Below are positions 1-11,427 of a stretch of DNA of 35,356 nucleotides, piece by piece. How positions within the stretch are numbered: position 1 is the first letter of the stretch; each line of letters starts with the position of its first letter. A program made the position numbers and the translations under genes. Location: the NCBI GenBank assembly GCA_031763465.1, contig JARFOE010000192.1, forward strand, positions 19,022,826 to 19,058,181, read 5' to 3'. Under the pieces are notes generated by a model. That model did not search any database, had not been told where the DNA came from, and worked only from the letters and a program-made list of their open reading frames with translations. Source of the DNA: Squatina squatina (taxonomy: Eukaryota).

Positions 1-2
1 GT

Positions 3-734
3 GTCGCTTCCGAGATCAGTAGCGAAATCTCCACCTCCGAGATGAGCAGCGAAGTGGGCTCGACGGCCTCCGACGAGCCTCCCCAGGTCACTATGAATGA
101 TGGAGGCCCCATCTTCCACGGTGAGCAGCGATGTATGCTGCACCCAGTCTGTCTGACCAACTCGTTCCAACGACAGCTCTCCAGTGCCACCTTCTCCAGC
201 GCGTTTTCAGACAACGGACTGGACAGCGAAGATGAGGAGCCCATTGAGGGCGTCTTTTCCAATGGCAGCAGAGTGGAGGTCGAGGTTGACATTCACTGCA
301 TGCAGGTAAAGGAAAAAATGACTTTGCATTCAACTTCAGATGCATGTGACGAAGGAATAGTTATCAGTGCAAATGAAGATGAAAACTCTGAAAAGATGCT
401 CCTCCTTAAAGTTCATGGTGAAAATGACTGGCTAGGAAATGACCAGAACAAGTTTGAATACTCCACAACAGGGACAATTGGTCGGAGGCGCGGAAATGGT
501 TCTGTTGCACCCTCGGAGAAAAGCCACAACTTGATTGAGGTGGCAGCTGACGCACCGATGAAAAAGAGTGGCGGTTACTTTGCCGCCCCTGCCCAGCCCG
601 ACCCAGACGACCAATTCATAATTCCCCCGGAACTGGAGGAAGAAGTGAAGGAGATAATGAAACAACACCAGGAGCAACAGCAGCGCCAGTATCAACTGGA
701 CCAGCTCCCAGACTGCTACGACACACCTCTATGA
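3..734 (+). CDS. Large terminal coding exon (partial, 5' end outside window) of an unidentified vertebrate protein; acidic, Ser-rich C-terminus
   Basis: Frame is open from base 3 (VASEISSEISTSEMSSEVG...) to TGA at 732-734; coding-like composition; ends GGYFAAPAQPDPDDQFIIPPELEEEVKE...DTPL*. The ATG at 42 is probably internal. I cannot name the gene. Confidence 0.75.
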   Translation, partial: VASEISSEISTSEMSSEVGSTASDEPPQVTMNDGGPIFHGEQRCMLHPVCLTNSFQRQLSSATFSSAFSDNGLDSEDEEPIEGVFSNGSRVEVEVDIHCMQVKEKMTLHSTSDACDEGIVISANEDENSEKMLLLKVHGENDWLGNDQNKFEYSTTGTIGRRRGNGSVAPSEKSHNLIEVAADAPMKKSGGYFAAPAQPDPDDQFIIPPELEEEVKEIMKQHQEQQQRQYQLDQLPDCYDTPL

Positions 735-1462
735 CCAGGAGGAAAACAATTGCTTTTAGTGAATTTGAGCCTTATTTGCTCGAGGAACTATACTTTTAAA
801 CTGAGACTGTTCGGATATCAAGAGATTTTGTCCCACTTTCTAAACCCATCTCCCCCCCTNNNNNNNNNNNNNNNNNNNNNNNNNNNNNNNNNNNNNNNNN
901 NNNNNNNNNNNNNNNNNNNNNNNNNNNNNNNNNNNNNNNNNNNNNNNNNNNNNNNNNNNGTTTGAACTCCCCAATGTAGAGGAGACCACATCGTGAGCGG
1001 GGAATACAGTATACTAAATTGAAGGAAACACAAGTAAATCTTAAATAATGCTACGGGTTATTTCAAGCCCACCTGAAGAGTCAGAAGGGGTCTTGCTTTA
1101 ACATCTCAACCAAAAGATGACACTTTTGAAACTGCAGTCCTTCCTCAGTACTGCATTGAATTGTCAGCTGCAGTCTTTTGGTTGGCCTGTCTGAGCTTGG
1201 TTCTGTGATATTCCTTGCCTTGGCTGTTTTGCGTTAAATTTGAATGGAAAGATAAATAATCATATTCATCTTTTAAAATCGTTGAGCACCCAACATTGTT
1301 AATATCCACAGTCTTCACATTGGTAGTTTTCCAGACGGGTGCGCAGATGTGAGCTGTATCATTGTGTGTTCTCTAAAGTAGGTACTCTACTTGGTTACGT
1401 TCTATTATTGGGATAGGTAATTTCCACTAATAAATTCAGTGTCTTTGTCTCTGGTACTATAG

Positions 1463-1573
1463 GTTCCGGGATCTGAGGAGTTATACCACAGTGATAATGA
1501 AATAATGATTCCAGTACTGTCATCAAAAAGGGCAAGTGAGCTACCTGTTGATGAAGTTGCAAGCATTTTGCAG
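1463..1573 (+). CDS. ATP2C1: ATP2C1 (SPCA1 Golgi Ca2+/Mn2+ ATPase), N-terminal exon
   Basis: ag|...|gtaagg, 111 nt; [37 protein letters not shown] resembles human [23 protein letters not shown]. Confidence 0.93.
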
Positions 1574-1869
1574 GTAAGGTGTATTTGACTGTGGTATGGG
1601 TGGCGGGGAGGGGCAGGTGGATTCTGTGTGTTTATTTGGAGGGTCATTTTCATATGGGCTTTAACCAACTAGGATGAAGTATTCAACGTTGAACTTAATT
1701 TATACAGCAAAATACAACATTTCTGTTAGTGTAGGTTGCCTAATAACAATCACCTTTGAAAAGTGATCCNNNNNNNNNNNNNNNNNNNNNNNNNNNNNNN
1801 NNNNNNNNNNNNNNNNNNNNNNNNNNNNNNNNNNNNNNNNNNNNNNNNNNNNNNNNNNNNNNNNNNNNN

Positions 1870-2118
1870 GGACACCAGGGATAAAGCCCCTGCCCTTCAA
1901 AATAGTGCCATGGGATCTTTCATATTCACCTGAGAGTGTAGATGGGCCTCAGTTTAACGTCTGAGCTCAAAGATGGCACCTCTTACAGCGAAGCACTCCC
2001 TCAGTACTGCACTGGAGTGTCAGCATGGATTTTTGTGCTTGAGCCTCTGGAGTGGGACTTGAACCCACAACCCTCTGACTCGAAGTGAGGTTGCTACCAA
2101 CTCAGCCAAGACTGACAG
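1870..2118 (-). mobile_element. tRNA-headed Deu-domain SINE (SacSINE1/AmnSINE-like), 5' part, truncated by gap
   Basis: Reverse strand has A-box TGGCTGAGTTGG and B-box GGTTCAAGTCCC; body similar to the copy at 18816-19285. Confidence 0.8.
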
Positions 2119-2427
2119 CTTATAAACTGGATCCAAAATGTAAAGGTCCCTGCACCAAAAAGATTCTGCTCGCAAGCTTCATATCCACAAACCAGATCAA
2201 AAAATAGGAAGTTAGAAGCAAGAACGGAAGTCTTTTGCGAAGAGTAATAGGGAGGCTTTTGAAGCGAACAGTATGAAGAGGTTCAAGGGACAACTGGATG
2301 GACCTGGAATTGTGTTGCGTGATATTAGTAAGATTAAAACCTTGTGCGGGTCCACATACACAATGTACTACCTTGTAGGTTTCATGTATGATGGCATTAC
2401 TTTATTATTTTTGCTAATTTCCTACAG

Positions 2428-2489
2428 GAATATCGGTCTGAAAAATCCCTTGAAGAACTGAGCAAATTGGTTCCCCCAGAATGCCACTG
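2428..2489 (+). CDS. ATP2C1: ATP2C1 internal exon
   Basis: cag|...|gtatga, 62 nt; [21 protein letters not shown]. Confidence 0.96.
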
Positions 2490-3232
2490 GTATGATTTTT
2501 ATTTTTAAATCAAATCCTATCTTGTCCTTTTCCATGGGGAATGCAAGTAGGTTTCTTCATTGCTGACATGTGCAGCTGCATAAGTGAGCAGAGCACTGTA
2601 ATTACCATGGAACTTAGGAGGCTATTTACTGGCAGTTGGTTCCAGTTTTATTCTCTTGACATCAGCTATGCCATGAGAAGCAGGCTGCTGTTTACTGTCA
2701 GCAGTAAAAAGGTTCTTTGGGGTATATTGTGCCTTTAGTTAAACTGTCCATCAGTGGACTGTAAATGAATGTTAATTCTGTCGATGAGAAGCTTGTCAAA
2801 ATCAGGATTTGTNNNNNNNNNNNNNNNNNNNNNNNNNNNNNNNNNNNNNNNNNNNNNNNNNNNNNNNNNNNNNNNNNNNNNNNNNNNNNNNNNNNNNNNN
2901 NNNNNNNNNNNNCCCCAATCCCTGTCTTTTTCCTGTTCCCCTCCTGCACAGCAGCCATTATTTTGTCTTCTAATGTTTAGCACTTTGTGTCGTCTTCCAG
3001 CATGTGAAGACCACTATAGAAATACAAATTGTTCAATCAGCACTGGTAAACAAATTATTTTAGCTCTATGCAATCTGTGTGCAGATTCCTACTAAGCGAT
3101 TAATTTAATTTTCTAGTGCTTAAATGTTAACCGAAATTGACATTATGTTGCATGTGATATTATTGAAAAGTTCCTCCTCTCCAATTCAACACCATTTTGG
3201 CTGGCTGTTAAATGTGATGTATTCTGTTGTAG

Positions 3233-3299
3233 GTGTTATTATGCTGGTTGGCTGGCTACAAGGGAAGCACATTCTTGATATGTTCACTATTGGTGTGAG
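3233..3299 (+). CDS. ATP2C1: ATP2C1 internal exon (TM3-TM4 region)
   Basis: tag|...|gtgagt, 67 nt; GVIMLVGWLQGKHILDMFTIGVS. Confidence 0.95.
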
Positions 3300-3319
3300 G
3301 TGAGTTAAGCATTTGTCTT

Positions 3320-3475
3320 TTAAAGGAAGAGCAGATGAACATCTGAAGCAGAGGAAGATACATATGGGGAAAGAGCATGGCAGTGGGATTAGTTTAGATT
3401 TCTATTGTGAAAAGCTACCACAAACCTGATGGACTGAATGGTCTCCTTTTCTTTTGTAAACTTTTATGATTTTTG
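3320..3475 (+). mobile_element. Degenerate CR1 LINE 3' end
   Basis: GATGGACTGAATGGTCTCCT motif and a decayed tail, resembling the other CR1 3' ends in the window. Confidence 0.55.
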
Positions 3476-4113
3476 AGTCATTTTCAATATGTGTCTGCAG
3501 TAGGATTTGCTTGAACTGTAAATTGCCATCCCGTTTAGTGAATTTCTTTTTCCAGTTTAGTTGAAAAGGTGTGGATCTATCTCAGATGGTAATGATAGAA
3601 TTGTAATATAATGTGTACAGCACTCGGCCTAAACTGATACGACCTGGGAATTTGGAAATTTTCTCCGGGTGTTGGGGAAGAGACATATCTTAGTGTCTCA
3701 CACTATGCGGACTGGCAAATGGTGACCTTCTTTGTTGAACGACTGAATGTGTGGAAAGTCTAAAAATCTATTCGAATAAATCTTAAAAGCTTTTTTTTGT
3801 TCTACTCCAAAATCTTTATTGGTCCTCCCTGATAATTTGTAATTTTTCTAGACCCATCATTAAAATTAATTTTAATTTAGGGGCAATAGTTTCCCTAAGC
3901 TACTCCCTCCTACTTTCCAACTCATCTCAAGATCAGCTGGAATGATTATCTCACTATGCTGTTGCTGTGGTGTAGGCTGTTCCAGAAATGAGCTCAGGCT
4001 ACTGCCAAACAGGAACTTGCAGCTNNNNNNNNNNCCACAGCCCATCTGCCTAACCACAGTGCAGGCAGAGTAGCAGGACTGCTTGTTTTATAAAAATAAA
4101 AGGCTCATATAGT

Positions 4114-4308
4114 TAGGTTGACCAGATTTTAAGTAGTGCAAACCTTCTGCCATCTTTGAATCCCACCAGGCACCACGCCAAGTCTGCGCATGAGCAGTCA
4201 GGGCTTCGTCGAGACTGCAAAAAACATTTTAGCGAATTTTTCAGGTAATTGTCAGGACACCAGGACACCAGGACGTTTGGCGAAAAACCAGGATGTCTGG
4301 TCACCCAA
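4114..4308. mobile_element. hAT-superfamily (Blackjack-like) MITE, 195 bp
   Basis: TIRs TAGGTTGACCAGA...TCTGGTCACCCAA; exact 8-bp TSD CATATAGT at 4106-4113 and 4309-4316; subterminal CAGGAC(AC) repeats. Confidence 0.9.
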
Positions 4309-5494
4309 CATATAGTGACACCACAACTCCTGGCCCGAGTGGAGATGATTGGGTAATTCTCCCGTCAATCACTGCTGTAAGTGACAGATTGATTTTACAC
4401 GCACAATTTGTATTATGAAACTATCCTCCACTCACTGCATTTTGCTGGAGAAATAAACCTGCTTTTATCTGAAGACTTCTGTAGTTTCCATCGCAAGTTC
4501 TGTTTGTAGTAGTTTGTAGAGACTCTTTAAATAGATTCTGTTTGCTGTATAAATAGACTGTTTGCTGTAAGTCCTGCTGCCCTGCCTCCGACTCATTGGC
4601 TGACACAATGGTGTCAATACACCTGATACTTAACGATTATAAAATACTCCTGGTGGCAGNNNNNNNNNNNNNNNNNNNNNNNNNNNNNNNNNNNNNNNNN
4701 NNNNNNNNNNNNNNNNNNNNNNNNNNNNNNNNNNNNNNNNNNNNNNNNNNNNNNNNNNNAATTGTGGGGCAAGTAGGGGATTGGGCGGGGGGGGCGGCGC
4801 GGGTAAGGTTGATCACGGGGCAGAGCCGGCAGCTCTTGCCTCCCTTTCGTGGCTGGGTTTTCCGACCCCTGGGAAACCCGCCTGACAGGTGTTTAAATTT
4901 AAATCGGGCTCCAAATTACACTGATTTAAATGTGAGAATGAAGGGTCCCGCCTCTCGAAGATGGGACACATGCACGCCTCGTAGCCTGTCACCATGAGAA
5001 ACGGCAATGGGCGGGTCAGTTGCAGGTTGGGGACATGTTCCCTTTTTTAGTGTTTACCCCGCCTATCATGGGGTGATTAACATTGAGAACCTGAGCCTGC
5101 AAGAAACAAACCATTAGACTTGCAGAGTACACCAAGCTGCATTGCACTGGAATTTGTTTCATTTACATTCCACTAACTCTGTCTAGTGGCAGAAATCTGG
5201 TACATTGGAACAATATTGACCAAGATATTGCACATTGTTCCGTGACCTGGATACATGTCAAATAACATGTCAATGCAAATATTTTCAATTGTTAACAGCC
5301 TTTTTGAACGCTTGTCTATTGAAGTAAGACGACTGCACGTATTTGAGTGCAGTTAATCCGGCTGACTCAGATTGGTTGTTTAGCTCATGCTGACATGGCG
5401 GGATAGCTGTTTCTGTTAGGCAGTAACCAAAAAAATGTCATGCATACCTCAGTAAAATTGCTGAAACCCGCTGCAAACATTTTTTTCCGTACAG

Positions 5495-5651
5495 GATAAA
5501 ACGGAAATTTATTTTATGAAAGGGGCTTACGAGCACGTGATTCGATTTTGCTCAAGCTACAACAGCCACTCGCAAGCTCTGCCACTCACCCAGCAACAGA
5601 AGGAATTGTATCATCAGGAAAAAACTTACATGGGTACTGCTGGACTCAGAG
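5495..5651 (+). CDS. ATP2C1: ATP2C1 internal exon (N domain, KGA motif)
   Basis: cag|...|gtaatg, 157 nt; [22 protein letters not shown]...MGTAGLR. Confidence 0.95.
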
Positions 5652-6469
5652 GTAATGCTTTTTTTTTAAAGTATGAAAGCTGTAGCTATTCGGTGTAAAC
5701 ATTCTTCTGTGCTCAGAGCACTCAGGGATGTGTGTATTTGTGTCGACGCACAAGTGCCTACCTCTCTCAGCCTGTTGTTGCACCTATCTGCTTAAGCAAC
5801 TTAGTCATTTTTAAGATGAGACTGGTGTATCTCTTGTAACTAATTTCCTCTGAATTGTAGGCATTAAATTGAATGAGTGAAATTTTACTGAACAGAGTGG
5901 GATTGAGGACAAGATACGAGCAGACCATTTGCCCAAGGTCAGACACTAGCCACGTACCCAGAATGATACCTAATACCAAGGAATTGCAGAACTGCCTTTA
6001 CCTTCTGGCACAATTTCTGTCACCAGCACAGCCTACATTTATTACCTACACTTATTTCCTTACACAAGCACTTTACATCTCAGAAGACAAGCCATTCTTT
6101 TTCCTCACAACACTTCAAAGTCATCCTGTTTATATCGGAAAGCCTGACAATGCATTCCTTTCATGCCACTTCAGTGTCATCCTGTATGCATCGGAAAGCC
6201 AGGAAAACCTGTTGCTTTAAGATACACAGAAGTTTGGCTGTTAACCCTTAACTTCCCATGATATCCAACAGACATCTCTCCAGGAGGTCCAATCGAGTTG
6301 TGCACAGCTGTTACCTGCAGCCCTTGTAGGCTTTTGACCAAAGGTTAAGCTGCTTTTAGATTGCAGCCTGGGTCTCAGGAGAATAAGCTTAACTGACCCA
6401 CTCTTTGGCATTCTAGTTTTATAACATGAAGCCAGTCCTCCTGTGAACTAGCTGCATTGTGGGAACGTA

Positions 6470-6527
6470 GTTGTCAGGCGCTTTGGGACTGAGGTTGTTA
6501 AAGGCGCTATATAAATGCAAGTCTTTA
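6470..6527 (+). mobile_element. L2/DeuSINE 3' tail fragment
   Basis: GCGCTTTGGGAC...AAAGGCGCTATATAAATGCAAGTCTTT. Confidence 0.65.
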
Positions 6528-6799
6528 GTGCGTTCTACTCATACCAAAGCTGGCTGTGACACTTTGGCCAGTACACGTGTGTGAAATAGTCATGTCACGA
6601 CTTGATGTCACTATGAAAACAATGGAAACTAGAGAAATTCACGATGTCACCGCCAAAACGCATTTGCCAGGAAGATGCAATGAAAACAGACCATCCCGAN
6701 NNNNNNNNNNNNNNNNNNNNNNNNNNNNNNNNNNNNNNNNNNNNNNNNNNNNNNNNNNNNNNNNNNNNNNNNNNNNNNNNNNNNNNNNNNNNNNNNNNN

Positions 6800-7050
6800 C
6801 GAGTGCTCGACCCAATCCGCACAGTGAATGGACCATGTGGCCACCTGCTGCACAGGTGGGAGGTGAGGGACGACCCGAAGTGCGACTGTGGCCATGAGTC
6901 CCAGACCATGGAACACGTCACATAAACCTGCCCACTGAGATCTGTTGCTGGAGGCACCTCATTTCTCCATTAGGCACCTCAGGAGGTCATCGAATGGAGA
7001 GCCAAACTCGACATCCCATTGTAAGCTTTACCTGTCATACAGAACAACAA
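6800..7050 (+). mobile_element. 3' end of a Vingi/Ingi-like non-LTR retrotransposon (inactivated)
   Basis: Reads [47 protein letters not shown]...[11 protein letters not shown], a C-terminal Cys/His knuckle with in-frame stops, then a short UTR and (CAA)-type tail. Clade assignment from memory. Confidence 0.7.
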
Positions 7051-7066
7051 TTCTCTTCTCTTTCAG

Positions 7067-7185
7067 ATCTTCTTTTTCTGGTGGGTCTTACGTCCTCCGT
7101 TTGCATTGTCTCCGAGATCATCAAGAGGTTGGAGAGACGGAAAGAGAGAAGCCCTAAACACAGTAAATCCTTTCTCAACGTATGA
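7067..7185 (+). CDS. ATP2C1: ATP2C1 last coding exon (SPCA1a-type C-terminus)
   Basis: ttctcttctctttcag| then [39 protein letters not shown]; human [24 protein letters not shown]...SFLEV. Confidence 0.95.
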
Positions 7186-7736
7186 TGATGCATATTGCAT
7201 CTTGGAATTTAACAGGCAAAATACGAGGTACCCAGTCACCTGGTAATGTGTGAAGGCTGAACTTTGAATTGACATATAATGGCACTCTTAATTTAAAAGG
7301 ACTAAAAAGATGTGTTGAAAATGAGAACTATGAAGTATCTCTCAATCAACATCTGTCTGGATAGCACAATGCAAACTAGACGCAGAATTTTTCCCTACAG
7401 ACGGTGTGATTTGCTGCTTAAAATGTACATAAAACTTTGCTTTGTACCGGAAAGACCCTCTGCGAATGGATGTGGTGTAGAGTCTGCATTACACTGGATA
7501 GAATGAAAGCCTTTTCTTTTTCCTAATTTCAATCCTATTATTTATCGATAAATAAGTATGTTATTTTATATATGGTGGTGTGGATTTCGGTAGCATAAAT
7601 TAGGTGTTCATATGCATTCGGCATTCCATTTATTCCNNNNNNNNNNNNNNNNNNNNNNNNNNNNNNNNNNNNNNNNNNNNNNNNNNNNNNNNNNNNNNNN
7701 NNNNNNNNNNNNNNNNNNNNNNNNNNNNNNNNNNNN

Positions 7737-9870
7737 TGACTGTTAACACAATGCTCAGTTCGGATACATGGGGACTGATAATGCAATGGTCAGTAGGCAT
7801 ACATGCTGATTGATATTTCAATGTTCAGTAAGAATACATTGCGAATGATAATGCAATGGTCAGTAAGGACACATGTGGCCTGATTATAAAATGGTAGGTC
7901 AGGATATATGGCGACTGATAATATAGTGGTCAGTAAGGCTATATAAGGACTGATAATACAATGGTCAGTAAGGATACATGGGTACAGATAAGACAATGGT
8001 CAGTAAGGATACATGGGGACTGATAATACAATGGCCATTCGCGATACATGGCATCTGATAATAAAGTTGTAAGTAAAGATACATGTGGACTGATAATACA
8101 ATGGTCAGTAAGGGCACATGACGACTGAAAATACAATGGTAAGTAAGGATACATGGGGACTGATAAAGCAATGGTCAGAAAGGACACCTGGGGACTGATA
8201 ATACAACGCTCTGTAAGAATACATGGGAAATGATAATAAAATGGTCAGTAAGAATACATGCCGACTGATAATATAATGCTCAGCAAGGCGACATAGGGAC
8301 TGATACTATAATGGTTATTAACGATACATGGGGACTGATGATACACTGGTCAGTATGGAGACATGGGGACTGATAATACAGTGGTCAGTAAGGATATATC
8401 GGGACTGATAATACAATGGTCAGAAAGGACACATGGGGAATGATAATACAATGGTCAGTAAGGTTACATGGGGACTGATAAGAAAATGGTCAGTAAGGAT
8501 ACATGGGTACAGATAATACAATGGGCAGTAATGATACATGTGGACTGATAATGCAATGGTCAGTAAGGATACAGAAGGACTGATAATACAATGGTCAGTA
8601 AGCATACATGGGGACTGATATTTCAAAGTCCAGTAAGGATATATGGGGACTGATAATACAATGGTCAGTTAGGATACATGGTTTTCTGATAATACAACGG
8701 TCAGTAAGGAGACATGGTGTCTGATATTAAGATGGTCAGTAAGGAGACATGGTTTCTGATATTAAAATGGTCAGTAAGGAGACATGGTTTCTGATGTTAC
8801 AATGATCAGTAAGGACACATGGGGACAGATAATACCATCATCGGTAAGGATACATGGGGACTGATAATTCAATGGTCAGTAAGGACACATGGGGACTGAT
8901 AGTACAATGGTCAGTCAGGATACATGGGATCTGATAATACAATGGTCAGAAAGGACACATGGGGACAGATAATAAAATGGTCAGTAAGGATACATGGGGA
9001 CAGATAATACAATGGACAGGAAGGATACATGGGAACTGATAATACAATGGTCATGATTGGGACTTGTGGACTAATAATACACTGGTCAGTAAGTCTCGTG
9101 GGGTCAGATAATACAATGGTCGGCACGGATACATGGGGAGTGATAATACAATGGACACTAAAGATACATGACGACTGATAATAAAATAGTCAGTAAGGAT
9201 CAATGTCAACTGATAATACAATCCTCAGTTAGGATACGAGGGGACTGACAGTACAATGCTCAGTAAGGATACATGGCGACTGATAATACAATGATTAGTA
9301 AGGATACATGGGGACTGATAATATCATGGTCAGTAAAGTTACATGGCGAATGATAATACAATGTTTAGTAAGGATATATGGGGTCTGATAATGCAATGCT
9401 CATTAAGGCTACATCGGGACTGATAATACAATGGTTAGCCAGGATATACGTTGACTGATAATACAATGATAGTTAGGATACATGGGGACTGAGTATGCGA
9501 TGGTCAGTCGGCACACATGGGGACTGATAATACAATGGTCAGTAAGGATACAAGGGGATGATAATACAATGGTCAGCAAGCAGACATGGGGACTGATAAT
9601 ACAATGGTCAGTAAGGATACATGGCGACTGATAATACAATGGTCAGTAAGGCTACATGGGGACTGATCATACAATGGTCTGTAAGGATCCATGGCGACTG
9701 ATAATACAATAGTCAGTAAGGCTACATGGGGACTGATAATACAATGGTCAGTAAGGCTACATGGGGACTGATAATACAATGGTCAGTAAGGGTACAGTGG
9801 AACTGATAATACAATTGTCAGTAAGGATACTCGTGGCTGATAATAGAATAGTCAGTAATGATATATGGGG
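7737..9870. repeat. 35-bp tandem repeat array, left arm (~60 units)
   Basis: Consensus GGATACATGGGGACTGATAATACAATGGTCAGTAA, period 35, head-to-tail with no unique spacers. Confidence 0.97.
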
Positions 9871-11427
9871 CAGTCAGCGCTCACTGGAAGGAACACTTCG
9901 AGGAACTCCTTAACCAACACTCGGTCCTCGACTTCCGAGTCCTCGATTCCATCCCACAGCATCCTACCCGCCACTTTCTCAGCACAACCCCTGCCCTTTA
10001 TTAGTTCGTAAAGGCCATCGGGCAGCTGAAACAAAACAAGGGCCTCTGGCGCAGATGGACTCCCAGCCGATATACTAAAATACGGCAGCGAGGCACTCGT
10101 AGCATGAATCCATGCCCTCATCTCCCTCATCTGAGAGGAGCAGAGCGTGCCAGGAAATCTCAGAGATGCCATAATCGTGACGAACTTCAAGAAAGGAGTC
10201 AAGTCCGATAGCAGAAACTACAGAGGAGTCTCCTTGCTGTCCACCACAGGGAAGGTCATCACAAGAATCCTCCTCAACCATCTCCTTCCAGTGGCTGAAG
10301 AGCTCCTCCCTGAGTCACATTGTGGCTTCCGCCCATCAAGAAGTACAACAGATATGATTTTCAGCACATGCCAAATCCAGGAAAAGTGCAGAGAGCAGCA
10401 TCAACCTCAGTACATCAACATCCGCCCCCTCCAGTCAAAATTCAAGATCACCACAACCTCTGCCATCGAGCTGCAATCGGCAGACAACGCTTGTGTGTAT
10501 GCACACTCTGAGACTAAGCTCCAATCCATTGTCGATTTATTCACTGAGGCATACAAGAGCTTGGGCCTCACACTGAACATCCGCAAAACAAAGGTCCTAC
10601 ACAAGCCTGCCCCAGCCGCACAAAACCAACCCCCAAATATCAAGATCCACAGCAAGCCCCTGGACAACGTGGAACACTTCCCATATCTTGTGAGCCTCCT
10701 CTCAGCAAGGGCGGACATAGACGACAAAATCCAACACCGCCTCCAGTGTGCCAGCACAGCCTTCGGTCACCTGAGGAAGAGAGTGTTTGAAGAGAAAGAC
10801 CTCAGACTCGGCACCAAGCTAATAGTCTACAGGGCAACCCTCCTGTATGCATCGGATACATGGTCACTATACAGCAGGCACCTCAAAGCACTGGAGAAAT
10901 ACCACCAACGCTGCCTCCACAAAATTCTGCAACATCCTAAGGCCAACATTAAGGCACTGATCACGCTGAACCAACTGCGATGGGCGGGACACATCGTCCG
11001 CATGCCTGATTCAAGACTCCCGAAACAAGCACTATATTCCGAGCTCCGTCATGGCAAATGCCTCCAAGGAGAGCAGAGGAAACGTTTCAAGGACGTCCTC
11101 AAAGCCTCATTGAAAAATGAAACATCCCCACCGACTCATGGGAATGTGTGGCCCAAGATCGCCCGCAATGGAGGAGCAACCTCTGTAAAGATTTCAGCCG
11201 CTTCGGGTTTCTCCGGTGGGAGCACGTGGAGGCCAAGCACGAGCAACGGGAGGAGCGCTCAGAAATGCGAGCATCACATTCACTCGCCCCATCGAATACC
11301 ACCTGCCTCACCTGCGATCAAATTTGCGGATCCCGTATCGGACTTTTCAGCCACCTCAGAACCCACAACTCTGGAGTGGAAGCAAGTCATCCTCGACCCT
11401 GAGGGACTGCCTAAGAAGTGGTGGTGG
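9871..11427 (+). mobile_element. RTE-clade LINE, 5'-truncated and internally deleted, inserted in the satellite
   Basis: ORF 10147-11439 has RT motifs NYRGVSLLSTTGKV, GFRPSRSTTDMIF, GLTLNIRKTKV, QLRWAGHIVRM; YADD reads SADN; C-terminal CLTC...H knuckle in a shifted frame; tail CTAAGAAGTGGTGGTGG. Confidence 0.93.

Noticed and set aside
7790-9779. Cys/His-rich minus-strand ORFs (LTDHCIISPHV...)
   Set aside because: Translations of the satellite; a 35-bp period cycles through frames.
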